Assembly (NCBI GenBank): GCA_963776245.1
Contig: CAVZLN010000003.1
Span: 608,001 to 672,000, forward strand
From: Candidatus Eiseniibacteriota bacterium
Lineage (GTDB): Bacteria > Eisenbacteria > RBG-16-71-46
DNA: 64,000 bases
Direction of reading: 5' to 3'
The notes beneath the pieces were generated by a model that worked only from the letters and a program-made list of their open reading frames with translations, was not told the origin of the DNA and did not search any database. A program made the translations under genes and the position numbers. Positions 23,757 through 34,651 of this stretch are shown piece by piece. Position 1 is the stretch's first letter; each line of letters begins with the position of its first letter.

Positions 23757-24950
23757 TCAGCGCTTTGCGGGTTTGCGGGCGCCGGGCTTCGCCGCTGGCG
23801 GTGCCGGACCGAGCACCTCGAAGGAGCAGTCGTCGTAGTACAGCCGCCCGGGCGCCGGGGCGTTGTACACGAACCACACCCACACCTCGTAGGTGTCCGG
23901 CGGGACATCCATCTCGGAGGACGCCAGTTCCCAATCGGTGTTCATCGAGTACTGCTTGAGCGGGGGCTGCATCGTGGCCCCGCTGAGGGTGTGGGCGTAC
24001 ATCTGCAGGTAGGCGAGGCCCCGCAGGCTGTCGGTCTTGACGCGGCCGGTGAGCCGTACGCGCATCCCGGAGAGGGCGCGGTTCTGGAACGCCTGTCCCA
24101 CCCCCGCGCGCCCCTGGATCGGGCTGCTGAGCCCGCCTTCCATCCGGATGGACGCGCGGCCGGAGTAGGACACCGTGGAATCGCGCACCACCTGGAGGTT
24201 GTCGAAGGGCGGCAGCGAGTATTCCCATTCGTTCCCGTTCCCTTCGAAGCCCGGGTCCCGGAGCAGGTTCGTGCGCAGCGGCGGCGGCGCCTGCTTCTGG
24301 GCCGGCTCGAGCGTCAGCGCCGCATCGTCGAAGAGCACCTGGCCGGTCCCGATGATCCCGAGCCGCACCCAGATCACGTTCACGCTCGGCGGCACGAACG
24401 TGCGCACGGTGCGCTTCACCCAGCCGGTCTCGGGCTCCGAGAAGTACTCCCGCCGCCACCCGAGCTCGTACAGCGGCTCTGTGGCCCGGGTCATGTGCAG
24501 CCGTTCGAGGGCCTCATTGCGCGGGATGTCCCAGAGGTGCGCCATCTTGGTGACCGTGTCGCGATAGGCCTGGATCAGCGCCGAGGCGCGCCCCTGAAGG
24601 CCGTTGCTGCGCGTCCATACCGTGAGCACCGCGTCCTTGCCCCACGCCTCCCGTCCGACGACCACCGCCTGGTTCCAGTGGTGCGAGATCGGGCGGAGCG
24701 AGCTCACGCTCGCCACGCTGACCGCGTAGCCGCCGTGCTCGACCAGGAAGGTGTCGCGCCCGAAGAACACCGACGTGACGCCGGCCTCCGACGTGTCCCA
24801 CGCCGCGGGCATCCACGGGTGGCCCGCGCGCGGCTGTTCGAATCCGGGGTTGGCGAGGAGATTGGTGCGGGCCGGAGCGGCCGCTGCCCCCGAGACGAAC
24901 AGGAGCAGGGCGGCCGCGACACAGGCCTGGGAAAGGCTGGAGCGCATCAT
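23757..24950 (-). CDS. Secreted protein with two tandem CBM4/9-like jelly-roll domains
   Basis: Signal peptide; repeated TNLLANPGFE / TNLLRDPGFE starts and FDDAAL / YDDCSF ends. Confidence 0.7.
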   Translation of the reverse strand: MMRSSLSQACVAAALLLFVSGAAAAPARTNLLANPGFEQPRAGHPWMPAAWDTSEAGVTSVFFGRDTFLVEHGGYAVSVASVSSLRPISHHWNQAVVVGREAWGKDAVLTVWTRSNGLQGRASALIQAYRDTVTKMAHLWDIPRNEALERLHMTRATEPLYELGWRREYFSEPETGWVKRTVRTFVPPSVNVIWVRLGIIGTGQVLFDDAALTLEPAQKQAPPPLRTNLLRDPGFEGNGNEWEYSLPPFDNLQVVRDSTVSYSGRASIRMEGGLSSPIQGRAGVGQAFQNRALSGMRVRLTGRVKTDSLRGLAYLQMYAHTLSGATMQPPLKQYSMNTDWELASSEMDVPPDTYEVWVWFVYNAPAPGRLYYDDCSFEVLGPAPPAAKPGARKPAKR

Positions 24951-25161
24951 GGACGTCCTTTCAGCGTGGAGCCTGGAAACGCTCGGGTCGGGAGCAGGAG
25001 GAGGAAGTATCGGCATCGTGCGTCTCGTCGGTCAAGCGGGGTCGCGGCGGGCGCCGGTCCCGCCCGGCGCCGGACCGCGCCGCGGGTTGCGGCCCGCCCG
25101 GCCGCGCCACTATGGTCGGATCGCCTCGACCGGATGTCCCACGATGCTGCGGAGGCCTCGC

Positions 25162-26000
25162 GTGTCCGACTGGTTCTTCACCAACGACCTCCACGGCCAG
25201 GGCGCGCACTACGAGCAACTGGTGGCGATCACGGCGGCGCACCGGCCCCGCGCGGTGATCCTCGGCGGCGACCTGTGCCCGCACGAGAGCGACGCCGCCG
25301 GCGTCGGGCGCCAGCGGGTGTTCCTCCAGGGCTTCCTGGTCGAGTTCGCGCGGCGACTGCGCGAGGCCTCGGGCGGCACCGCGCTCCTGCTGCTGATGGG
25401 CAACGACGACTGGCGCAGCGAACCACGACGTGCTCGAGCAGCACGACGGCGAGCTGTGGCGCGTGCTCCACGATCGCGTGGTCCGGGTCGACGGCGTGGC
25501 GGTCGCGGGGATCTCGTGGGTGCCGATCACGCCGTTCGCCATCAAGGACTGGGAGCGCTGGGAGGACGGCGGCGACGAGCGGCCGGCGCGGCTCGAGGGC
25601 TGGCGCAGCCACGGCGGCGAGCGCGTGCCGTTCCGTTTCGATCCGGCGCGTCGCGCTCCCACCATCGCCGCCGCGCTGGAGCACCTGGCCGCGCTCGCGC
25701 CGCCCGGGGACACCCTCTTGGTGCCGCATTCTCCGCCGCGCGGGACGCGCTGCGACCATGCTGCAGGGCGGTGCGCACGTGGGCTCGCGCGCGCTGCGCG
25801 CATGCGTCGAGCGGCACCAGCCGCCGCTGGTGCTGAGCGGGCACATCCACGAGTCGCCGCGGGCCTCGGGGGCGTGGCGGGACCGGCTCGGACGAACCGA
25901 GCTGGTGAACCCCGGCCAGTTCGGAACCGTCCGGCTTTGCGGTGTCTGGTTCGACCCCTCCCGCCCCGGCGAGACCCTGCGCCACACCGTGCATCCCTAG
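25162..26000 (+). CDS. Metallophosphoesterase (Icc-like; frameshifted)
   Basis: NDLHG, GGDL, MGNDD, HSPP, LSGHIHE, VNPGQ across three frames. Confidence 0.8.
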
Positions 26001-26157
26001 ACCCGGGCCCGCCCCCATCCCCGGAGGCGCCGGGCGACCCGCATGCGGACGAGGGCGTCCCCCGGAGCCGCCGGCCGGGCCCGCGCCGAGCGGCTCGGGC
26101 GGGCGGCATGGTAGACTCGCGCTCCTCCCTGAGACCTCCGCTACCGAGGTTCCGACC

Positions 26158-26671
26158 ATGGTCCGACGCGCCTCATGGCTGTCCTTCGTCCTGCTCGCGC
26201 TCGCGCTGCTCGAGCCCACCCGCGCTCGCGCCGCCGGCGAGCTGCGGTGGCGCACCTTCGACGCCGGCCTGCGCGAGGCCCGAGCGACCGGCCGCCCGGT
26301 CCTGGTGGACGTCTTCACCGACTGGTGCCGCTACTGCAAGCTGATGGACCGGGACGTCTACTCGCGCGCCGACGTGCGCGACTACCTGGCGGCGCGCTTC
26401 GTCCCGGTGCGGTTCAACGCCGAGGGCGCGCAGGCCGCGTCGTACGAGGGAAAGGCCTATTCCGGGCCCACTGCTCGCACAGCGTTTCCGGGTGACCGGG
26501 TACCCGACCACGATCTTCCTGCGCGCCGATGGCAGCCATCTCGTGAACGTGCCCGGCTACATCCCGCCTGACCGCTTCCTGCTGCTGCTGCGCTTCGTCG
26601 GCGACGGGGCGATGGAGCGCGGGGAGGACTTCGAGACGTTCTCGCGCAGGGCCGCGGGCGCGGTCCGCTGA
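26158..26671 (+). CDS. Secreted thioredoxin-fold protein (SoxW/DUF255-like; frameshifted)
   Basis: Signal peptide, VDVFTDWCRYCKLMD, then VTGYPTTIFL in a shifted frame. Confidence 0.8.
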
Positions 26672-26678
26672 GCGGGTC

Positions 26679-27314
26679 ATGACGCTGCTGAAGGGCCACG
26701 ACGATCGCAGTCGTCGACACCGAGACCACCGGCCTTTCGCCCGCCGAGGGCCACGCCATCGTCGAGGTCGCGGTGGTGCGGGTGGTGGACGGCGCGATCC
26801 GCGACGAGGCCGCCTGGTCCTCGCTGGTGGACGTCGGCCGGCCCATCCCGCCCGACGCCTCGGCGGTGCACGGCATCACCGACGCGATGCTGGCCGGGCG
26901 CGCCGAAGCCCGCCGAGGTCGCGCGCCGGCTGCGCGAGGCGTGCGGCGAGCGGGCGCTCGCGTTCCACAACGCGCCGTTCGACCTGCCGTTCCTGATCGC
27001 CCTGCTGCGCGCCGAGCGCCAGCCGCCGCTGATGAGCCCGGTGATCGACACGCTCGGGCTCGCGCGCGGCCTCTACGGATCGGGGGGCAACAGGCTCGGC
27101 GCGCTGGCGCGCCGGCTGGGGCTGCCCGCGCGAGACCGCCCACCGCGCGCTCGGCGACGCGCGCACCACCGCGCACCTGCTGGTGCAGCTCGCCGAGCGC
27201 GTGGGAGTCGAGAAGGTCGGCTCGCTCGCCGAGCTCGCGGCGGCGAGCCAGGACCTCACGCGCTGGCGCGCCGCCCCGCGCGCGAACGCCGCGGGGCCCC
27301 CCGCGCGGAGTTGA
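26679..27314 (+). CDS. DEDDh 3'-5' exonuclease (DnaQ-like; frameshifted)
   Basis: VVDTETTG, VHGITD, FHNAPFD, IDTL, HRALGDA across frames. Confidence 0.85.
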
Positions 27315-27394
27315 CACCTTGCGCGCCCCTCAGGATGATGCGGAGTCCGGATGGGCCGTCCATGCGCCTGCGAGCGCGGAACCGGGAGGGAACG

Positions 27395-27878
27395 ATGCCG
27401 ACCAGCGCGAGCCTTGAAGTGGGCCAGGAGGCCCCCGACTTCAGGCTCAAGGGACCAGGCGGCGCCTTCGTGACGCTCTCGGAGTACCGCGGGCAGCAGA
27501 ACGTCGTGCTGGCGTTCTACCCGCTCGCGTTCTCTCCGGTCTGCGCGCACCAGCTGCCGACGCTGCAGCGCGAGCTGGCCGCGGCTCGAGGCGCTCGACG
27601 TCGTGGTGCTCGGCGATCAGCGTGGACAGCCACTACGCGAACCAGGCGTTCGCCGCAGCGACTGCGCCTCACGTTCCCGCTGCTCTCGGACTTCAAGCGC
27701 GAGGCGAGCGCGGCCTACGGCGTGCTCCTCGGGGCGGCGGGCTTCAGCGGTCGCGCGCTGTTCCTGGTCGACAAGCAGGGGCGCGTCGCCTACAAGGAGA
27801 TCTCGCGAGAACTACAGCGATCCGGCGCTGGTGCCGAGCAACGAGAAGCTGCTCGCCGCGCTCGAGGCGCTGCAGTAG
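27395..27878 (+). CDS. Peroxiredoxin (AhpE/BCP-like; frameshifted)
   Basis: GQEAPDF, LAFYPLAFSPVC, FPLLSDF, RALFLVDKQG. Confidence 0.85.
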
Positions 27879-27931
27879 GCCGCCCGCCGGGTCCGCGTCG
27901 CTCGACCCGGCCTCGTGGCCGTCCCGCCGTC

Positions 27932-29288
27932 ATGTCGAAAGACCCCGCCACCGTCCTCGTCGTGGAGCGCGAGAGCGACGCCACGAACAGCCTGATCGCG
28001 CGGCTGCGTGCGAACGGGTATCGACGTGGTGTGGGCCCGAGACGGTGAGAGCGCGCTGAACGCCCTCGACGCCGGACGGGTCGCCTGCCTGGTATGTCCG
28101 CTGCGCGCGCCGCGCATCGACGGCCGCTCGCTGCTGGCGCGCGCGCTCGAGCGCGATCCGGAGACCTGCACGGTGCTGGTCGCCGAAGACCCTCTCGCCG
28201 CCGCGGCCATCGAGGCGATGCGGCACGGGGCGCACGACGTGCAGGCCCGGCCCCTGCACCTGCCACCGGCTGCTCGCCGCGCTCCAGCGCGGCCTCGAGC
28301 AGCGCCGCCGCGCCGCGCGCATCGAGCGAATTGGAGGCGCGCCTCGACGAACGCTTCGGGCTCGATCGCCTGGCCGGACACTCGCGCGCGATGCGGCGCG
28401 CGCATCGAGCAGGTGCGCCACACGGCCGCGACCCGCGCCACGGTCCTCATCGAGGGCGAGAGCGGCACCGGCAAGGGCCTGGTCGCGCAGGCGATCCACC
28501 ACGACAGCCCGCGACGCGATGGCCCGTTCGTGGTGTTGCGCTGCGCCGCCGTCCCCGCGCGGCTGATCGAGGGCGAGCTGTTCGGCCATGGGTCCTCCGG
28601 CGGCACCCCGACGCGCCCGGGCGCTTCGAGCTCGCGGACGGCGGCACGCTCGTCCTGGCCGATGTCGAGGAGCTGCCCCTCGGGCGCGCAGATGCAGCTG
28701 CTGCGGGCCATGCAGGACCGCGTCTTCGAGCCGTCGGCGGCGCCACGACGCTGCGCGCCGACGTGCGGCTGGTGGTCGCGACCGCGCGCGATCTCGCCGC
28801 CGAGGTGCGCGCCGGGACGCTTCCGCGAGGACCTCTGCCAGCGCTCAGCGTGGTGCGCGTGCGACTGCCGCCGCTGCGGGAACGGCGCGAGGACATCCCG
28901 CTTCTGGTGGAACGCTTCGTGGAGGACGCCAACCGCGCCCACCGGCGCCGGGTCGCCGGCGTCTCCCGTGGCGCGCTCGAGCGGCTGATGGCCGCACGAC
29001 TGGCCCGGCAACGTGCGCGAGTTGCGCGACGTCGTCGAGCGCATGGTGGAGGCCGCCCGCGGGCGCCGGGCGCTCGCGCTCTCCGACCTGCCGGGCGCGC
29101 TGCGGCCGGACGAGGATGCCCGGGCGCGACTCGATGTCGCCGTGGGCATGACCCAGGACGAGGCCGAGCGCCATCTCATCCTCGCCACCCTCGAGCACGC
29201 CGCCCGGGACAAGGTGCGGACGGCCCAGATGCTCGGCATCGGCCTGCGCACCCTCTACCGCAAGTTGAAGCGGTACGCCATCGACTGA
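27932..29288 (+). CDS. NtrC-like enhancer-binding protein with atypical motifs (multiple frameshifts)
   Basis: Receiver-like N-terminus, [25 protein letters not shown], Fis-type [15 protein letters not shown]. Confidence 0.8.
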
Positions 29289-29391
29289 CCCGCGTCGCGC
29301 CGGGGCCGCCACGGGGGGCGCAATGCGGGCTAATCCCGGGGCCCGAGGTGGCCGATATCCCATCCGATCATCCCTTTCCCGGAGAGGCGGC

Positions 29392-30360
29392 ATGGGCGGC
29401 ACCGACCCCATCGAACCGTTCGAGACGTTCGAGACCGACGAGACCCGCGCGGCCGCCGAACTGGCGCGCGCCGCGGCCGTCCGCGCCGAGCGCCCGGACT
29501 GGCTGGTGGGCGCCGACGCAGGGGTGGAGGCGGAGCGCGAGCGGCGCGAACGCGAGGCGAGCGCGCCCCTCGAGGCCCCGACCCTGCGCCGGCCCACCGC
29601 CCCGCTCGACGAGCGCGCGCCCGCCCGTCCGGCGGCCGCGCCGGTGCGGCTGGTCCAGGCGGCCCCGCCCCAGCAGGGCCCGCACCCTGCGCCCGAGAAG
29701 GCGGTGGCATGGACGGCGGCGGCGAGCAGTCTGCCGACGCTGCGGGTGCTCGCGGAAGGCACTCCCGCGACGAAGGCCGCGGCCGGAGCTTCGTCCTCGG
29801 CCGACGCGCGCCTCGGTCCCCGCGCGCCGCTGGCGGCGGTTCCCCGCCGGACTGCCGCCGCGCCCATGCTCGGCGAGGACGAGGACGGCGGATTCCCCGA
29901 CGACGCCGGTGCCGCGCCCGCGCCGAGAGCGGCCTCCGCGCCCCCCGAGGCCACCAGGGCGCCGCGCTCGGCGCCACCGCGCGAAGCGTGGTGGCTGGTC
30001 GCCCTCGACGCGCTCCGCAGCGAGCCCAAGGTGCAGATCCTCGCGGGGCTCGCGGTCGTGCTCGTCGCATTGCTGGTGTTCTGGCCGCACGGGGAGAGAA
30101 GCGTCGCACTCGGCGAGCTCCGTCGCCACCCACAGGGCTGGGACGGGCGCGTGGTGCGCGTGCGCGGGCAGGTCGGCGAGATCTTCTCGGTGGGAGGGGG
30201 CTACGCGTTCTACCTCCACCAGGGGCGCGACACCCTCGTGGTGTTCACCCGCTCGCGCACCCCGCGCGCGCGTGATCGGATCAGCGTCTCGGGCTCGATC
30301 ACGACCGGGTGGCTCGACGGCGTGCCCCGCCAGGCCCTGTTCGAGGACGCCGCACCCTAG
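29392..30360 (+). CDS. Hypothetical membrane protein (disordered N-terminus, one TM, OB-fold-like C-terminus)
   Basis: GGAGAGG RBS; TM ILAGLAVVLVALLVFW; WDGRVVRVRGQV...ISVSGSI. Confidence 0.6.
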   Translation: MGGTDPIEPFETFETDETRAAAELARAAAVRAERPDWLVGADAGVEAERERREREASAPLEAPTLRRPTAPLDERAPARPAAAPVRLVQAAPPQQGPHPAPEKAVAWTAAASSLPTLRVLAEGTPATKAAAGASSSADARLGPRAPLAAVPRRTAAAPMLGEDEDGGFPDDAGAAPAPRAASAPPEATRAPRSAPPREAWWLVALDALRSEPKVQILAGLAVVLVALLVFWPHGERSVALGELRRHPQGWDGRVVRVRGQVGEIFSVGGGYAFYLHQGRDTLVVFTRSRTPRARDRISVSGSITTGWLDGVPRQALFEDAAP

Positions 30361-30745
30361 ATCGCCCTCGATCCCCGGCGTCCCGCGGGCGCGCTCCATC
30401 CGGAGCGCGCCCGCCGTGTCTTCGGGGAGCGACGCGCTGGCGAGGCGCGGTCGCGACTGCCAACATCCGCTTGCCATTTAGGCATAGCGGGTGGCTGGAC
30501 GGGTCCGCGCGAGACCCCGATGCGGTTCTGTAAGACAATCCGATATAACGCGATAAGAGACTTCTCAAGGACGTGACCGCGGGCGCTCCCGATTGCGCTT
30601 GCGAGCGGCCGCCCGGCTGGCCTATGTTCCCGCGGCGATGAAGACGCGCGGCTCCCAGCCGGCTCGATCAGCGTCCAGCGCGACCAGGCATCATCCCATC
30701 CTTCAAACCGCGGCCGGACCCGGCCGTGCATCGAGGAGGAGCGAC

Positions 30746-31041
30746 ATGAACGTCAAGCCTCTTGCCGACCGCATCCTGGTTCGTCGCATCGAGGAGCAGG
30801 AGACGATGCGCGGCGGCATCATCATCCCCGACACCGCCAAGGAGAAGCCGCAGGAGGGCGAGGTCGTCGCCGTCGGCCCCGGCCGCAAGACCGAGGACGG
30901 CAAGCTCGTCGCCGATGGACCTCAAGAAGGGCGACCGCGATCCTGATCGGCAAGTACAGCGGCACCGACGTGAAGATCGACGGCGTCGAGTACGTGATCC
31001 TGCGCGAGGACGACGTCCTCGGCGTGCTCGCGGACAAGTAG
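30746..31041 (+). CDS. groES: Co-chaperonin GroES (apparent indels)
   Basis: [45 protein letters not shown]. Confidence 0.95.
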
Positions 31042-31108
31042 GCCACTCCCGGACCGCGCCGCGCGCGCGATCGCGCGCCGCGGCCCTATCCCTTCATCAG
31101 GAGGCGAC

Positions 31109-32762
<1,654 letters not shown>

Positions 32763-32802
32763 GCCGCAGCCTCGCAGCTCCGCAGGTCGAATGGTCCACG
32801 AG

Positions 32803-32833
32803 CGGGCCGGGACGCGAGTCCCGGCCCGTTTCG
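32803..32833 (+). terminator. Hairpin terminator after groEL
   Basis: CGGGCCGGGAC-GCGA-GTCCCGGCCCG followed by TTTCG. Confidence 0.6.
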
Positions 32834-32977
32834 CACCCGGGGCGCGACGCCCGCGCCTCGCCGCGGTTGCGCCCAGGGCCGGCTGTCGGGCACAATCTCT
32901 CGCCGCAATCGCCGTGGGGAGGCCCTCTGAGGGGCCCGCATCCACTCAGACGCCGACCCGAAACCCGGAGTGATCCC

Positions 32978-33535
32978 GTGATCGCAGCGACCCAGATGAA
33001 GGTGGGCATGCTCATCATGTACAACGGCAAGCCCCACCGCGTGAGCGCCGTGGTGCACCGCACCCCCGGCAATCTGCGCGGGTTCGTGCAGGCGACGCTG
33101 GTGAACATCGAGAACGGCTCGAAGAACGAGAACCGGTTCTCCTCGGAGGAGAAGGTCGAGCGCGCCATGCTCGACGAGCACAACCTCCAGTACAGCTATC
33201 GCGCGGCCGACGACTTCCACTTCATGAACACCGAGACCTACGAGATGGTCTCGCTCGGCAAGGATGTGCTCGGCGACAACGTCGGCTACCTGACCGAGGG
33301 CATGCTCATCACGGCGATGTACTGGGACGGCCGCGTCGTGGGCATCGACGTGCCGATGTTCGTGGAACTGGCCGTCAAGGAGACCACGCCCAACATCCGG
33401 GGCGCGGCGGTGCAGAACACCGCGAAGCCGGCGATCCTGGAGACCGGTCTCGAGATCAAGGTGCCGTCCTACGTCGAGACCGGCAACCGGGTGAGGATCG
33501 ACACGCGCACGGGCGAGTTCGTCGAGCGTCTCTGA
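32978..33535 (+). CDS. efp: Elongation factor P
   Basis: HRTPGNLRG loop, FHFMNTETYE, KPAILETG, RIDTRTGEFVER. Confidence 0.95.
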   Translation: MIAATQMKVGMLIMYNGKPHRVSAVVHRTPGNLRGFVQATLVNIENGSKNENRFSSEEKVERAMLDEHNLQYSYRAADDFHFMNTETYEMVSLGKDVLGDNVGYLTEGMLITAMYWDGRVVGIDVPMFVELAVKETTPNIRGAAVQNTAKPAILETGLEIKVPSYVETGNRVRIDTRTGEFVERL

Positions 33536-33605
33536 GCGCCGCCCGGGCCGGAGCCGTGCGCGCCGCTCCGGTCCGGCCGGGGCGGCGTCCGCGTTCGGAG
33601 GGGGG

Positions 33606-34310
33606 ATGACGCAGCCGATCCACGACCGCGCCGGGCTGCTGGCCGCGATCGCGGCCGACCCGGCGCTGGCGACGCTGCTCGCCGAGGCGCGCGCGCGCGG
33701 GGAGGACGATCCCTCGCACGGCCCGTCGCACGCGCTGCGCGTCGCGCTGTGGACCCTGCGGCTCGGCGGCGAGGCGGTGGACCCCCGCGAAGGCATCGCC
33801 GCGGCGCTGGTGCACGACGCCGCGAACCTGCCCAAGGACAGTCCCGACCGCGCCCGGGCGAGCGAGCGCTCGGCGGCGCTCGCCGCCGCGCGCCTGCCCG
33901 CGCTGGGCTTCTCGGCCACGGCCGTCGCGCGCATCGTCGCGGCGGTGCGCGACCACTCGTTCAGCCGCGGCGCCACGCCGCGGGAGACGCTGGGGCGCGC
34001 GCTGCAGGACGCCGATCGACTCGAGGCGCTGGGCGCCATCGGCCTGCTGCGCTGCATCGGCACCGGAGCGCGCATGGGCAGCGCGTGGTTCCACGAGGAC
34101 GATCCGTGGGCGCATGCCCGGGAGCTCGATGACGCGCGCTTCTCGGTGGATCACTTCTTCACCAAGCTGCTGCGCCTGCCCGCGACCCTGTGCACCGATG
34201 CCGGTCGCGCCGAAGCCGCGCGCCGCGTGGAACTGCTGCGGGGGTTCCTCGCGCACCTGGGAGAGGAGCTGGGCGAGCCGGCGCCGCCGGGGGAGCGGGC
34301 CCGGGAGTGA
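33606..34310 (+). CDS. HD-domain phosphohydrolase (YedJ-like)
   Basis: DPSHGPSHALRV, LVHD, HSFS, LQDADRLEALGAIG, DHFFTKLL. Confidence 0.85.
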   Translation: MTQPIHDRAGLLAAIAADPALATLLAEARARGEDDPSHGPSHALRVALWTLRLGGEAVDPREGIAAALVHDAANLPKDSPDRARASERSAALAAARLPALGFSATAVARIVAAVRDHSFSRGATPRETLGRALQDADRLEALGAIGLLRCIGTGARMGSAWFHEDDPWAHARELDDARFSVDHFFTKLLRLPATLCTDAGRAEAARRVELLRGFLAHLGEELGEPAPPGERARE

Positions 34311-34321
34311 CGGTGGGCCGC

Positions 34322-34361
34322 AAAGAAGAAGCCCCCCGCAGGTCGTTCACCCGCGGGGGGC
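34322..34361 (-). terminator. Intrinsic terminator
   Basis: GCCCCCCGCGGGT-GAACG-ACCTGCGGGGGGC-TTCTTCTTT. Confidence 0.85.
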
Positions 34362-34469
34362 CGAAGTTTGATTGGGAGTGGCATCCTCGGTCCCGGGGGC
34401 CGCACCCGGGGTGCCGCTGACGCCGGTCTCCCAATACGGAGGGTGTAGATGTGGACCCTCCTCGGGAGA
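34322..34469 (-). ncRNA. Candidate structured sRNA C or long rho 3' UTR
   Basis: Several hairpins, alternative pairings, intrinsic terminator, possible GGAAT-N16-CGAT promoter. Confidence 0.4.
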
Positions 34470-34651
34470 TTCAATCGGTCTTGAGGCTTCACGATTCCCG
34501 GACGGATCCACCCCGCCCGGGCGGTCGGATCGGCTTGCCGGTCCCCCGAACGGCTCTCGGCGGGGGGCCGCCCGAATGCCCCTACCGATTGCGGCCCTTC
34601 CCATTCGCCGCCGGCCGCGCCGGCGGGGGGTGCCCGCGGGGGGCCCAGGCG

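Noticed and set aside
27395..27878. Selenocysteine peroxiredoxin
   Set aside because: The active-site codon is TGC; the break is a frameshift, not an in-frame TGA
29330..29360. sigma28-type promoter (TAAT-N16-GCCGATAT)
   Set aside because: Single occurrence, imperfect spacing, no supporting gene context
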